From assembly GCA_943357895.1 (NCBI GenBank), contig CALRGO010000001.1, positions 36,724 through 100,723 of the forward strand: 64,000 nucleotides of DNA, given 5' to 3'. The notes below the pieces were generated by a model that worked only from the letters and a program-made list of their open reading frames with translations, did no database searches and had not been told where the DNA came from. The stretch is from Parcubacteria group bacterium (GTDB lineage: Bacteria; Patescibacteriota; Minisyncoccia; UBA6257; UBA11618). The position numbers were made by a program, and so were the translations under genes. Of the stretch, positions 55,432 to 64,000 are shown in pieces. Each line of letters starts with the position of its first letter. Within the stretch, counting starts at the first letter, position 1.

Positions 55432-55857
55432 ATGACTATAGAAGAAACGAAAAACTATGCAGAACAATTAGCAGCGTCCGTAGGGGCATATCGGCGCATA
55501 TTCGCGCTTGTGGGGGATTTGGGCGCGGGCAAAACAACGTTCTCTGTATTTTTTCTGCGCGCCTTAGGCGTTACGGAGCCGGTGACGAGCCCAACCTTCG
55601 TTATTATGAAACACTACTCACTACCCACTACTCACTACCCACTTTCGTCGGCGTACCATATGGATTGCTATCGCCTTAAAAATACCGAAGAGCTCGCGCC
55701 TTTGGGTCTTACGGAAATCCTTGCGGACAAAAAAAATATTGTCCTTATCGAGTGGGCAGACCGCATCGCGGATGCGCTTCCGGCAGATACCGTGTGGATT
55801 GATTTCGCACATGCAGACGAAACTAACCGGCATATCATCTCGCGCACCGAAAAATAA
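55432..55857 (+). CDS. tsaE: tRNA threonylcarbamoyladenosine biosynthesis protein TsaE
   Basis: P-loop GDLGAGKTTF, SPTF and HxDxYRL motifs. Contains an in-frame heptamer array (HYSLPTTHYPLSS) at 55603-55632. Confidence 0.8.
   Translation: MTIEETKNYAEQLAASVGAYRRIFALVGDLGAGKTTFSVFFLRALGVTEPVTSPTFVIMKHYSLPTTHYPLSSAYHMDCYRLKNTEELAPLGLTEILADKKNIVLIEWADRIADALPADTVWIDFAHADETNRHIISRTEK
55603..55632. repeat. heptamer tandem array inside tsaE
   Basis: cactactcactacccactactcactaccca. Confidence 0.65.
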
Positions 55858-55860
55858 AAT

Positions 55861-56724
55861 ATGAAACAGTTTCTTTTAATAGATTCGCATGCGTTGATAC
55901 ACCGGTTTTTCCACGCGCTGCCACCCCTCACTACTCCCGCAGGGGATCCGGTGGGTGTGGTATATGGTATGGCCAATGTCATGCTGAAGCTCCACCGCGA
56001 GTCGAAGCCGGATTACATCGCGGCCGTGTTTGATAGACCAGAGAAAACCTTCCGCGAGGAAATTTTTACGGATTATAAGGCGAATCGTCCGCCCGCACCG
56101 GATGATCTTATTAGTCAGTTCAAGCGTGTGCGCGAGCTCTTCGACCGGTTTTCGGTAAGGACGGTGGAGTTTCCGGGCTACGAGGCAGACGACCTTATCG
56201 GGAGCCTCGTGGAGCGGTTTAAGGACGAGCCGGATATTACACTTACTATTCTTACGGGTGATTTAGATTTACTTCAGCTTGTTAGTGGCGACCGCGTCGT
56301 CGTAAAGTTTTTACAAAAGGGTATGAGCGACACAAAGATGTATAACGAAGCGGCGGTGCTCGAGCGCTACGGCGTCATGCCGAAAATCCTACCAGACTTA
56401 AAGGGGCTTTTAGGCGACCAGTCAGATAATATTCCGGGGGTCGCGGGCGTAGGGCCGAAGACGGCGACGCCCTTAATACAAAAATACGGCACGCTCGAAA
56501 ACCTAATAGACCACTTATGGGAAGTGCCGGATAAGGTCGGTATGAAGATAGACGCAGCGCGTGAAACGGCGCTCTTCTCGAAGCGGCTCGCGACAATAGC
56601 GCGCAACGCCCCGCTTGCGGTCGAAGGTATCCACGACTTTATATTGAAGCCGCTCGATTCCGCGCATGTCCGACCCTACTTCGAATCCCTTGGTTTTAAG
56701 AGTCTCGCGGAGCGCCTACCCTAA
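55861..56724 (+). CDS. 5'-3' exonuclease (Pol I N-terminal FEN-like domain homolog)
   Basis: LLIDSHALIHR...GYEADDLIGS...GDxDLLQLV plus an H3TH region. Confidence 0.8.
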   Translation: MKQFLLIDSHALIHRFFHALPPLTTPAGDPVGVVYGMANVMLKLHRESKPDYIAAVFDRPEKTFREEIFTDYKANRPPAPDDLISQFKRVRELFDRFSVRTVEFPGYEADDLIGSLVERFKDEPDITLTILTGDLDLLQLVSGDRVVVKFLQKGMSDTKMYNEAAVLERYGVMPKILPDLKGLLGDQSDNIPGVAGVGPKTATPLIQKYGTLENLIDHLWEVPDKVGMKIDAARETALFSKRLATIARNAPLAVEGIHDFILKPLDSAHVRPYFESLGFKSLAERLP

Positions 56725-56739
56725 TGGCGTGGTAGAGTA

Positions 56740-57795
56740 TTGTGTATGGAGGATAGCCTTTTAGTGGCGCTTGCGGCGGATATCGACGAGGCGTTTATGG
56801 CGTACGATGCGGACTTTACCGTGCGTATGGTAAATAAGCGCGCTGAGGACATGCTTGGTATTTCGGCAGCTCTACTTATCGGCAAGCAATTCTCGCTCGA
56901 GCTCGCGAAGGATCCGGCGTATGCAGTTTTTGCGGGTATTATGTACCCGTCCTTAGCGCCCACCCTCGTACGCTTGTCTGATGCGGGTGCTGAGCCTCAG
57001 CAGGTCAAGGTTATTTTCGAAAATCCCCACCGGGAGTTTTTCGCTTCCACGCGGCGCGTGCCAGCGGGCTTCATGAAGGTTGTGCGCGAGGTCACGCGCG
57101 AGGGGTCTTTAATGCAATCAAAGAGTGATTTTATAACCGTCGCCGCACATCAGTTGCGCACACCCGCAACCGCTATCAACTGGGCATTCGAAAATTTAGT
57201 GAAAGAGAGCGGCTTGCCGGACTCGGCGCGGGAGGTGATTGTAACGGGTCATGCGGCGGCAAAGAACTTGCTCGATGTTATAACGCATCTACTTGACGCC
57301 GCCCAGATTGAGGATGGCCGCTTTGGGTATTCCTTCGAGCCGACGGACCTCGTAGCGTTTTTGGATACGATGCTCGGTAAAGCCCTGCCCGTGGGTAAGC
57401 TCTACGGCGTAAATATTTATTTTGATCGCCCGCAGGGGTCTGTTATGGTTGCGGTGGATACCTCAAAGCTCGGCATAGCGATAGCGAACTTGGTTGATAA
57501 TGGCATTAAGTACAACGCCGCAGGTGGGAGTGTTACCGTGACGCTTACGTCCGTAGGCGGTAATGCGGAAATAAAGATCGCGGATACGGGCGCGGGTATA
57601 GCCGAGGCTGATATGCCGAAGCTCTTTCAGAAGTTTTACCGCGGGGAGGGGACGATGAAAAAAGTTACCGAGGGGACCGGACTTGGTCTCTATTTGGCGA
57701 AAAATATTATCGAGGGGCATAAGGGTACGATACGGGTTGAGTCTGCGGAGGGGCGTGGCACTACTTTTTTTATAACTATCCCGCTCGCATCATGA
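56740..57795 (+). CDS. cytoplasmic sensor histidine kinase (PAS-like + HisKA + HATPase)
   Basis: H-box HQLRTPATAI and G2 GTGLGLYLAK. No adjacent response regulator. Confidence 0.8.
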   Translation: MCMEDSLLVALAADIDEAFMAYDADFTVRMVNKRAEDMLGISAALLIGKQFSLELAKDPAYAVFAGIMYPSLAPTLVRLSDAGAEPQQVKVIFENPHREFFASTRRVPAGFMKVVREVTREGSLMQSKSDFITVAAHQLRTPATAINWAFENLVKESGLPDSAREVIVTGHAAAKNLLDVITHLLDAAQIEDGRFGYSFEPTDLVAFLDTMLGKALPVGKLYGVNIYFDRPQGSVMVAVDTSKLGIAIANLVDNGIKYNAAGGSVTVTLTSVGGNAEIKIADTGAGIAEADMPKLFQKFYRGEGTMKKVTEGTGLGLYLAKNIIEGHKGTIRVESAEGRGTTFFITIPLAS

Positions 57796-58556
57796 TCGTC
57801 TTTTTATATGGGCCGGACGCGTATAGGCGCAGCCGTAAGGAAAAGCAGCTGGTTGCCGAATACCGTAAAAAACATTCGGCGCTTTCGGTGGATTTTTTCG
57901 ACGCAGCGGAGGGCGCTACGTGGGACGACGTGCGAGGCGCCGTGAAGAACCGCTCGCTTTTCGACGATAAAAAACTCGCCATAATGAACGTGCGCGACGG
58001 CGCGGTTTTTGTGAAAGAAGAAATCAAATGGCTTAAGGCGCTTGCGGCGAACCCAGATGAGACTATTTTTATAACCGCGGACGGAGCACCCCTGAAGCCG
58101 TTTGCATTCCTGCTCGCGGCCCCCGTGCATGCGCAGGAGTTCGCGGAGCTTTCTGGTAAAGCGCTCCAGATATTCGTGGAGGTGGAGGCGGGGCAGAGGG
58201 GATTAAAGATAAGTGGGCAGGGCTTAGCCCAGCTCGCCGCGGAATACCGCGGCGATATGTGGGGGTTAATGACGGAGATTGATCGGCTCGCGCTTTCGTC
58301 CGTAAAGGATTTCGTTTCGGAGAAATCTAGTCCGGAAGATTTTATAAGCGCGATAAAGAAGTTGGCGTACGGTGGTGGTGCGGGCTCGCTTGCCACGCTC
58401 GAACGGGCGCTCGCGCACGAAGACCCCGCAAAGATATTCAACGTACTTGCCGCCTTTACCTCGGGCGAAAAAAAGCGGCGCATGGCCGACTACGACGCCG
58501 CCATAAAATTCGGCACCCTCGACTACGAGTCCGCGCTTACGGATTTTGTTCTGTAG
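57792..58556 (+). CDS. holA: DNA polymerase III delta subunit-like (short HolA)
   Basis: IVFLYGPDAY N-terminus typical of HolA. 254 aa, so assignment is tentative. Confidence 0.5.
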   Translation: MIVFLYGPDAYRRSRKEKQLVAEYRKKHSALSVDFFDAAEGATWDDVRGAVKNRSLFDDKKLAIMNVRDGAVFVKEEIKWLKALAANPDETIFITADGAPLKPFAFLLAAPVHAQEFAELSGKALQIFVEVEAGQRGLKISGQGLAQLAAEYRGDMWGLMTEIDRLALSSVKDFVSEKSSPEDFISAIKKLAYGGGAGSLATLERALAHEDPAKIFNVLAAFTSGEKKRRMADYDAAIKFGTLDYESALTDFVL

Positions 58557-58578
58557 TTTTTAAAGAATACTCCCCGAG

Positions 58579-58769
58579 CCCGTAGCACCCGGCAACCCGT
58601 TGCGGCGTATGCAAATCCAACCTCTCTCGTCGTAAAAGCCGACAGTAAAAATCGAACTCGCCCTCCGCGCAAGCGCTGCGGAACTCACACAGCGATTTTT
58701 CCTCGGCTTTTATCTCCTCTTTCGGGGATTTGCTATCCACCTCCACTTAGGTTGCCTTGGCGCTACGGG
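58579..58769. ncRNA. candidate structured RNA, paralog 2 (inverted relative to paralog 1)
   Basis: Reverse complement is ~93% identical to 25786-25977, with compensatory terminal-helix changes. Lies directly after holA with no intervening terminator. Confidence 0.5.
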
Positions 58770-58950
58770 TTCGACTCACATCCGGCAGAAATCCATACTT
58801 TGCTAGTATTTTAAGCTATTTCTACGAAAGCGCTTGACGGATGTATAAATAACATGGTATTATATATCCGTAGTTACGACAGCAACTTTCCACATCTTTC
58901 GGCGTTTATCGTCGACCCGCATCTCTGGGTTAATGAGAAAGGAGGGAATT

Positions 58951-59316
58951 ATGAGTATTCCATGGTCACCCGGAGTTGAATACAAGATTTCTCCTGCTAC
59001 GGCTTACGATTCGGGCATCTTGATTGGTTTTGATCCTAGTAGCTACGATCGTCAGCGTTTTTTGGAAGAAAAGCCAGATATGGATCCGGATTCTCAGGGT
59101 GTGCGGTTGTTTTTTACGGCTATTTGTGTAGCTCAACTCTCTCATTGTAAGTGGTCGGAAGAGATAATTGAGGATGTCAACTCTGACTTTCCAAAAGATC
59201 AAATTGCGGTTTTCGTTGGGCAAGTAGCTGGGGGGATGAAGTCTAAAAATTGGCGTTTGTTTATAGTTACGCCTAATCAGCAAGAGGGAAGTACTTTAAC
59301 TCCAGTCAATCCTTAA
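58951..59316 (+). CDS. hypothetical protein (121 aa)
   Basis: SD AAGGAGGG 5 nt upstream of the second ATG; sigma70-like promoter TTGACG-18-TATTAT at ~58838-58868. Lower local GC. Confidence 0.5.
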   Translation: MSIPWSPGVEYKISPATAYDSGILIGFDPSSYDRQRFLEEKPDMDPDSQGVRLFFTAICVAQLSHCKWSEEIIEDVNSDFPKDQIAVFVGQVAGGMKSKNWRLFIVTPNQQEGSTLTPVNP

Positions 59317-59381
59317 AAGCACGTGTTTGATTTATGCGTGCGGTGAGCAGTGCCCCTTAGCTAATTTGGCGGGGGTATTTT

Positions 59382-59627
59382 TTATACAGCTGCTTTCGCG
59401 AGACGCTTTGCTAGGCGGGATTTTAATCGGGATGCACGGTTCTTGTGGATTGTGTGCTTTTTTGCCGCTTTGTCGATTCCCTTGTAGGCGGTTGCGAGTA
59501 AGTCCTTCGCGGGGGCTTTCTTAAAGATTTTTACGGCCTCCTTCATGGTTTTCTTGCGCGCGTCATTAACCGCTTTCTTGCGCACGTTCTGCCTGAGGGC
59601 TTTTTTGGCTGATTTCGTTATCGGCAT
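59382..59627 (-). CDS. rpsT: 30S ribosomal protein S20
   Basis: MPITKSAKKALRQ...DKAAKKHTIHKNRASRLKSRLAKRL. Confidence 0.85.
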   Translation of the reverse strand: MPITKSAKKALRQNVRKKAVNDARKKTMKEAVKIFKKAPAKDLLATAYKGIDKAAKKHTIHKNRASRLKSRLAKRLAKAAV

Positions 59628-59731
59628 AGTAGTCCACATAGTATGCCTTTTTCATTGATTTTTTGCAAGTGAGGTGGCAGGATTGCCGGTAGGTCATTTA
59701 ATCCAATCGTCTTATCCACGGAGGGGTTGTC

Positions 59732-60043
59732 ATGAGTAGGTATGCTATTTCTGCTTTTATGATCGTCCTCGGCGCATTGCTTCTTGTTGCCCCGTCGTTC
59801 GTTTTCGAGCGTCGATGTGTTGCACCTAAGGAGGCTTTTAATCCGCATCCTAGTCGATTGCTGTCGAATGGATATGAGGTGGTTGCGTTCCATGAACTTA
59901 CGATGAACGATAGCGACGAATTCCGTTATTGCGAGATCACGGTGCGGGAGTGTGATGGCTCTTTGCAAAAAGTGACACTCAAGGCAAAAAAGTCATTAAT
60001 TGTAGACTCCATTAAGTGCTCAATTAAAGACCTCTTGTGGTGA
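59732..60043 (+). CDS. small hypothetical secreted/membrane-anchored protein (103 aa)
   Basis: SD GGAGG; N-terminal hydrophobic segment and four Cys. Confidence 0.45.
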   Translation: MSRYAISAFMIVLGALLLVAPSFVFERRCVAPKEAFNPHPSRLLSNGYEVVAFHELTMNDSDEFRYCEITVRECDGSLQKVTLKAKKSLIVDSIKCSIKDLLW

Positions 60044-60114
60044 ATCATTGAGGGTATCGGAAGACGGGTGGCGCATTGCGTCCCCGTCTTTTTCTTCGTA
60101 TACATAATGTAATG

Positions 60115-60687
60115 ATATATTCGATTTCCGGCACGGTTTCGCATAAACGGCAATCGTTTTTAGTGATCGACGTCCACGGCGTCGGCTATAAGGTGTCTGT
60201 GCCGGCGCGCGTGTATGAGGTATTGCCGGAGGTCGGTGAATCAGTTTTTTTATATTGCCATTTTACGGTGCGCGAGGACGCACAGGATTTATACGGTTTT
60301 TTACGCGAGCACGACCTTATGTTTTTTGAGAAGTTACTCACAGTGAATGGCGTGGGCCCGAAGTCAGGGCTCGCCATTATGGGGCTTTCGGAGCCAGAGG
60401 AATTAGCAGCCGCGATTACCGAGGGTAGGGCAGACGTCTTTATGCGCGCAGCGGGCGTGGGTAAAAAAACTGCCGAGCGCGTGGTACTCGAATTGCGCGG
60501 CAAGTTGCCGACGATACAGTCCGAGGCGGCGGTTGCGCGCATGGAGCACGATATGGATGTTGAGGAAGCGTTGGTTGGGTTGGGCTACGCGCGGCATGAT
60601 GCCAAGCGCGTGGTCGCGCAAGTCGACCGCGAAATTACGGATATTGAAGGGCGTCTGCGTGCGGCACTTAAAGTTCTTAAGAAATAA
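60115..60687 (+). CDS. ruvA: Holliday junction DNA helicase RuvA
   Basis: MIYSISGTV...GVGYKV N-terminal OB domain, HhH motifs (GVGPKSGLAI, GVGKKTAERV) and C-terminal RuvB-interaction domain. Internal Met start. Confidence 0.85.
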   Translation: MYSISGTVSHKRQSFLVIDVHGVGYKVSVPARVYEVLPEVGESVFLYCHFTVREDAQDLYGFLREHDLMFFEKLLTVNGVGPKSGLAIMGLSEPEELAAAITEGRADVFMRAAGVGKKTAERVVLELRGKLPTIQSEAAVARMEHDMDVEEALVGLGYARHDAKRVVAQVDREITDIEGRLRAALKVLKK

Positions 60688-61850
60688 TGAAAAAGATATA
60701 CGTTTTCCTGCGCGATACGTTTTACCACCGCATTATGGCGTTTATCGCCGCCGCATTGTACGGCTTCCCGAGCCGGCGCCTTACGGTAATTGGCGTTACG
60801 GGTACGAAGGGAAAGTCCACGACGGTAGAGCTTATTGCGCACATACTCGAATCCGCGGGTAAAAAAGTTGCGGTGAGTTCGTCCGTGCGCAACACCGTCT
60901 CTGGTATGACGATGCCTGGTTGTTTTAATTTACAGCGGCTTTTGCGCGACGCGGTTTCACGCGGGTGTGAGTACGCAGTAATGGAGGTCACGTCACAGGG
61001 CGTTGTGCAAAATCGGCATCGGTTTATACGGTGGGCAGTTGCTGTGTTCACTAATCTTGCACCGGAGCATGTGGAGGCGCATGGCAGTTTTGAAAATTAT
61101 CGTGCGGCTAAGGTTTCGTTTTTCGAATACGCGGCAAAAAATCCGAAGGCGGTGTTTGTAATAAATAAGGATGATGAAAACGCGCCCTACTTTGTACGTG
61201 CCGCACAACATCACAAGAAAATAGTATTTAGTAGAGAGCAGGCGCCGGCGACGCTCTATGGTGCGTTCAACGAATATAACGCTGGTGCGGCGCTTGCGGT
61301 TGCCTCAGCGCTAAATATATTTGAAGATGTGGCGCGTCGTGCTGTGGGTGATTTTAAAGGAGTGTATGGTCGTATGGAATTTGTTCAGCGTAATCCGTTT
61401 ACGGTGGTCGTCGATTATGCCGTAACGCCGGATTCACTGCGCGCTGCGTATAACGCGTTTGCGGGCAGCCGTATTATTGCCATCTTCGGTTGTACCGGCG
61501 GCGGGCGTGATGCGTGGAAGCGCCGCGTAATGGGTGGTATTGCAGGTGAGGCGTGCGCCGCAGTGGTTTTAACTGACGATGATTCGTACGACGAAGACAC
61601 AGAATCGATTATGGCGGAAATTGAAGCGGGCCTTGTTTCAGTAAAAGATGGGTGGCGTATAGGCGAGAATTATTGGAAGATTGTAAGCCGCCGCGCGGCG
61701 ATTGAAAAAGGATTGTCGTTGGCAGGGGAGGGTGATGTAGTGCTCGTGACGGGCAAGGGCGGGGATACGTGGTTGCGCATGAAGCGCGGTGTAAAAGTTC
61801 CGTGGAGTGATCAAGAGGTTATTCGTGATATCCTGAAAGGATTAGAATGA
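60687..61850 (+). CDS. Mur ligase family protein (MurE/MurF-like core, no N-terminal domain)
   Basis: P-loop GVTGTKGKSTT, TNLAPEHVEAHGSFENYRAAK and DDSY motifs. 387 aa is short for MurE/MurF. Confidence 0.55.
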   Translation: MKKIYVFLRDTFYHRIMAFIAAALYGFPSRRLTVIGVTGTKGKSTTVELIAHILESAGKKVAVSSSVRNTVSGMTMPGCFNLQRLLRDAVSRGCEYAVMEVTSQGVVQNRHRFIRWAVAVFTNLAPEHVEAHGSFENYRAAKVSFFEYAAKNPKAVFVINKDDENAPYFVRAAQHHKKIVFSREQAPATLYGAFNEYNAGAALAVASALNIFEDVARRAVGDFKGVYGRMEFVQRNPFTVVVDYAVTPDSLRAAYNAFAGSRIIAIFGCTGGGRDAWKRRVMGGIAGEACAAVVLTDDDSYDEDTESIMAEIEAGLVSVKDGWRIGENYWKIVSRRAAIEKGLSLAGEGDVVLVTGKGGDTWLRMKRGVKVPWSDQEVIRDILKGLE

Positions 61851-63172
61851 AAATAACTTTTTTCGGTGGCGCCTCCGAAGTTACGGGCGCTAATTATATT
61901 CTCGAGTCGGGTGCTACGCGCATTATGGTGGACTGCGGTTTGCACCAAGGCTCGAGCGCGCGCGAAGAGACGAACTGGGCGGAGTTTGCGTACGACGTAA
62001 CGAAGATTGACGCGCTTTTCGTTACGCATCCGCACATCGACCACATCGGTCGCGTACCACTCCTTATGAAGCGCGGCTTCCGCGGGAAGATTTATTCCAC
62101 GCCGCCCGCGCGGGAGGCGGCGCACGAACTCTTACTTGATTCTGAGCATCTTTTATTTGGCATTGCCGATAGGGCTGGTATAGAGCCGCTATACGGACCG
62201 GAGGATGTTATGCGCGCAATGAGCGTGTGGAAGGGTGTTGAATATTATCGCCCCGTAACCGTGGGGGATTGCACGGTGACGCTCTATAATGCGGGCCACG
62301 TGCTCGGATCGAGTTCCGTTTTGGTGCAAGGCGCTGACGGCAAGCGTATCCTTTTTTCAGGCGATTTGGGTAATAACCCTGCGCCGCTTTTAGGTGGTAA
62401 GGACATGATGCCGGACGCCGATTATTGCCTTATCGAGTCTGCCTACGGCAACCGCATCCACGAAGACCTTGCGCATCGCCGCGAACTTTTGGAAGACGCT
62501 ATCGAGGACACGGTGAAAAATGGCGGTGTGCTTATGATCCCAACCTTTGCCCTCGAACGTACGCAAGAGCTTCTTGCGGAGCTGGATGACTTAATAGAAA
62601 GCGGGCGCATACCGTCGGTTCCGGTATATATGGATAGTCCGCTCGCCATCCGCCTTACGGAGATTTATAAAAAGTATCCTGACTATTTGAAGGCGGGCAC
62701 GTTCGATTTCCATTTCAAGGAATTGCATATAACTTCCACCACCGAACAGTCGAAGGCGATTAATCGTGCGCCAGCGCCCAAAATTGTCATCGCCGGCTCC
62801 GGCATGTCGAACGGCGGTCGGATTCTCCACCACGAAAAGAATTATTTGCCGGATCCGAAGTCGATGTTCCTCGCAATCGGCTACCAAGCAGAGGGCACGC
62901 TCGGTAGGCGTATACTCGACGGTGAAAAAACCGTGAGGATTTTCAGCGAAGATATCCCCGTGCGTTGCAAGGTCCGCGCTATCGGCGGCTACTCCGCGCA
63001 TGCGGATCAGAAGCAGTTGCTCGAATGGATAGCGACGGGCCGCGATACGTTGAAGCGTGTATTCGTAGTGCAGGGCGAAAACGAAGCAAGCACGGCGCTG
63101 GCGCAAAAGATGCGCGATGAATTTGCGCTTAACGCCATCGTCCCCGAAGCAGGGAAGACTTACGAATTATAA
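61847..63172 (+). CDS. beta-CASP family metallo-beta-lactamase ribonuclease (RNase J / CPSF73-like)
   Basis: HxHxDH (THPHIDHIG) and downstream beta-CASP motifs. 441 aa. Confidence 0.75.
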   Translation: MKITFFGGASEVTGANYILESGATRIMVDCGLHQGSSAREETNWAEFAYDVTKIDALFVTHPHIDHIGRVPLLMKRGFRGKIYSTPPAREAAHELLLDSEHLLFGIADRAGIEPLYGPEDVMRAMSVWKGVEYYRPVTVGDCTVTLYNAGHVLGSSSVLVQGADGKRILFSGDLGNNPAPLLGGKDMMPDADYCLIESAYGNRIHEDLAHRRELLEDAIEDTVKNGGVLMIPTFALERTQELLAELDDLIESGRIPSVPVYMDSPLAIRLTEIYKKYPDYLKAGTFDFHFKELHITSTTEQSKAINRAPAPKIVIAGSGMSNGGRILHHEKNYLPDPKSMFLAIGYQAEGTLGRRILDGEKTVRIFSEDIPVRCKVRAIGGYSAHADQKQLLEWIATGRDTLKRVFVVQGENEASTALAQKMRDEFALNAIVPEAGKTYEL

Positions 63173-63186
63173 GGTATACTTTTTTT

Positions 63187-63780
63187 ATGTCAGAAAAATC
63201 AGCGACGTTGCACGCGAAGTACCACCGGAAGACGCGGTATAAGATTTGCGTATCGGGGGCGGCCGAGACCGGCCACTGCTCTATAGATACCCTGCAAAAG
63301 GCGGAGGAGATGGGCCGCGAGATTGCGAAGCAAAACATGGTGCTCCTTACGGGCGCTACCACCGGCACGCCCTATTGGGCGGCAAAAGGGGCGAAGTCCG
63401 CGGGCGGGCTTGTTATCGGTTTTTCTCCGGCGTCGTCCGAGATTGCACACATAAAGACGTATCGGCTCCCTATCGACTATCACGATGATATTGTTTTCAC
63501 CGGCTTCGAATATTCCGGCCGTAACTGGATTCTTACCCGCGCGGCAGATGCCGTGATTACCATTTGCGGGCGTATCGGCACCTTGAACGAATTCACCGCG
63601 GCCTTTGAGGACGGCAAGCCGACGGGCGTTTTAGAAACGACCGGCGGTACGGCGGACTATATCCGCGACATATTGGAGAAATCGCACCGGGGGTTCGGCA
63701 AGACTGTTTTTTCTTCGGATCCGAAGGAGCTCTTACGGCTCGTTATGGAGAAAGTCGAAGAGCACGAAAAGTCATTTTAG
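63187..63780 (+). CDS. LOG-family (TIGR00725-like) Rossmann-fold protein
   Basis: GGYGTxxE-like CGRIGTLNEF motif and Rossmann N-terminus. Confidence 0.65.
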   Translation: MSEKSATLHAKYHRKTRYKICVSGAAETGHCSIDTLQKAEEMGREIAKQNMVLLTGATTGTPYWAAKGAKSAGGLVIGFSPASSEIAHIKTYRLPIDYHDDIVFTGFEYSGRNWILTRAADAVITICGRIGTLNEFTAAFEDGKPTGVLETTGGTADYIRDILEKSHRGFGKTVFSSDPKELLRLVMEKVEEHEKSF

Positions 63781-63847
63781 TTTTCCGATCAAGATAGACA
63801 CGTGAGGCGTAAATCGCTATGATTGGCGTGCTGTTTGTGTTTATCTT

Positions 63848-63919
63848 GCACCCATAGTTCAACGGATAGAATATAGCCCTCCGAAGGCTGGGATTGTGGT
63901 TCGATTCCACATGGGTGCA
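63848..63919 (+). tRNA. tRNA-Arg (anticodon CCG)
   Basis: GCACCCA-TA-GTTC-AACGGATA-GAAT-A-TAGCC-CTCCGAA-GGCTG-GGAT-TGTGG-TTCGATT-CCACA-TGGGTGC-A. T arm identical to the tRNA-Arg(GCG) at 9409-9480. Confidence 0.8.
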
Positions 63920-63931
63920 CATTATATAAAA

Positions 63932-63975
63932 AAGCGCCGCGCGGATATATAGTCCGCGCGACGTTGTTTTTCTTT
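63932..63975 (+). terminator. GC hairpin (CGCGCGGA...TCCGCGCG) + T-rich run downstream of tRNA-Arg
   Basis: Seen directly. Confidence 0.5.
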
Positions 63976-64000
63976 TATTCTTCGGGGTGAATTACCACGC

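Noticed and set aside
1-64000. CRISPR arrays, IS transposases, integrases, prophage modules, rRNA genes
   Set aside because: No regularly spaced direct repeats with unique spacers were found. No DDE, serine or tyrosine recombinase motifs were recognised in any ORF, and no rRNA-like conserved sequence was seen.

Overview
This 64-kb window comes from a gene-dense bacterial chromosome of roughly 50% GC and spans the chromosomal replication origin: rpmH-rnpA-yidC-jag on the minus strand, then dnaA, a DnaA-box-rich oriC, and dnaN. Recognisable core genes include nusA, ppa, tig-clpP, tyrS, argS, eno-gpm, rpsA, rpsO-pnp, rpsT, ruvA, ruvB, ruvC, yebC, a class A PBP, a UvrD-like helicase, ksgA/rsmA, tsaE, a 5'-3' exonuclease, a holA-like gene, a Mur-family ligase, a beta-CASP RNase and a LOG-family protein. 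There is a csoR-copA copper module and six tRNAs (Ile-UAU, Val-UAC, Gly-GCC, Arg-GCG, Ser-GCU, Arg-CCG). Small, overlapping genes, shortened Ddl, YebC, HolA and Mur-ligase genes, and many hypothetical membrane or secreted proteins point to a streamlined genome, possibly CPR/Patescibacteria-like; that is inference only.

The most striking feature is an 11.6-kb, 12-gene, tightly overlapping operon (32.6-44.2 kb). It encodes a VirB4-like ATPase, a PrgI/VirB3-like protein, a 1052-aa VirB6/TrbL-like polytopic protein, a pilin-like protein and several secreted or membrane proteins of unknown function. No relaxase, coupling protein or integrase is present in the window. The operon lies next to a divergent comM/dksA-like/M23-peptidase group, so it may be a ComB-like DNA-uptake or host-interaction type IV secretion-like apparatus.

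Other unusual features read directly from the sequence:
- A ~38-bp GC-rich repeat is inserted in-frame into four different CDSs.
- Tandem heptanucleotide arrays (AGTGGNT / CACTANC) occur at ten loci, three times in-frame inside CDSs.
- Two ~190-nt paralogous structured elements lie in inverted orientation; their terminal helix is preserved by compensatory changes.
- Two ~125-nt elements sit downstream of tRNA-Gly and tRNA-Ser. Each is bounded by an inverted T-arm copy and a direct copy of the tRNA 3' end; the Gly copy is a perfect 22-bp direct repeat, like an att site.
- An AT-rich iteron-like noncoding block lies at 2.1-2.4 kb.
- A Cas4-like nuclease is appended to the copper operon, and a NYN-domain gene is wedged between rpsO and pnp.
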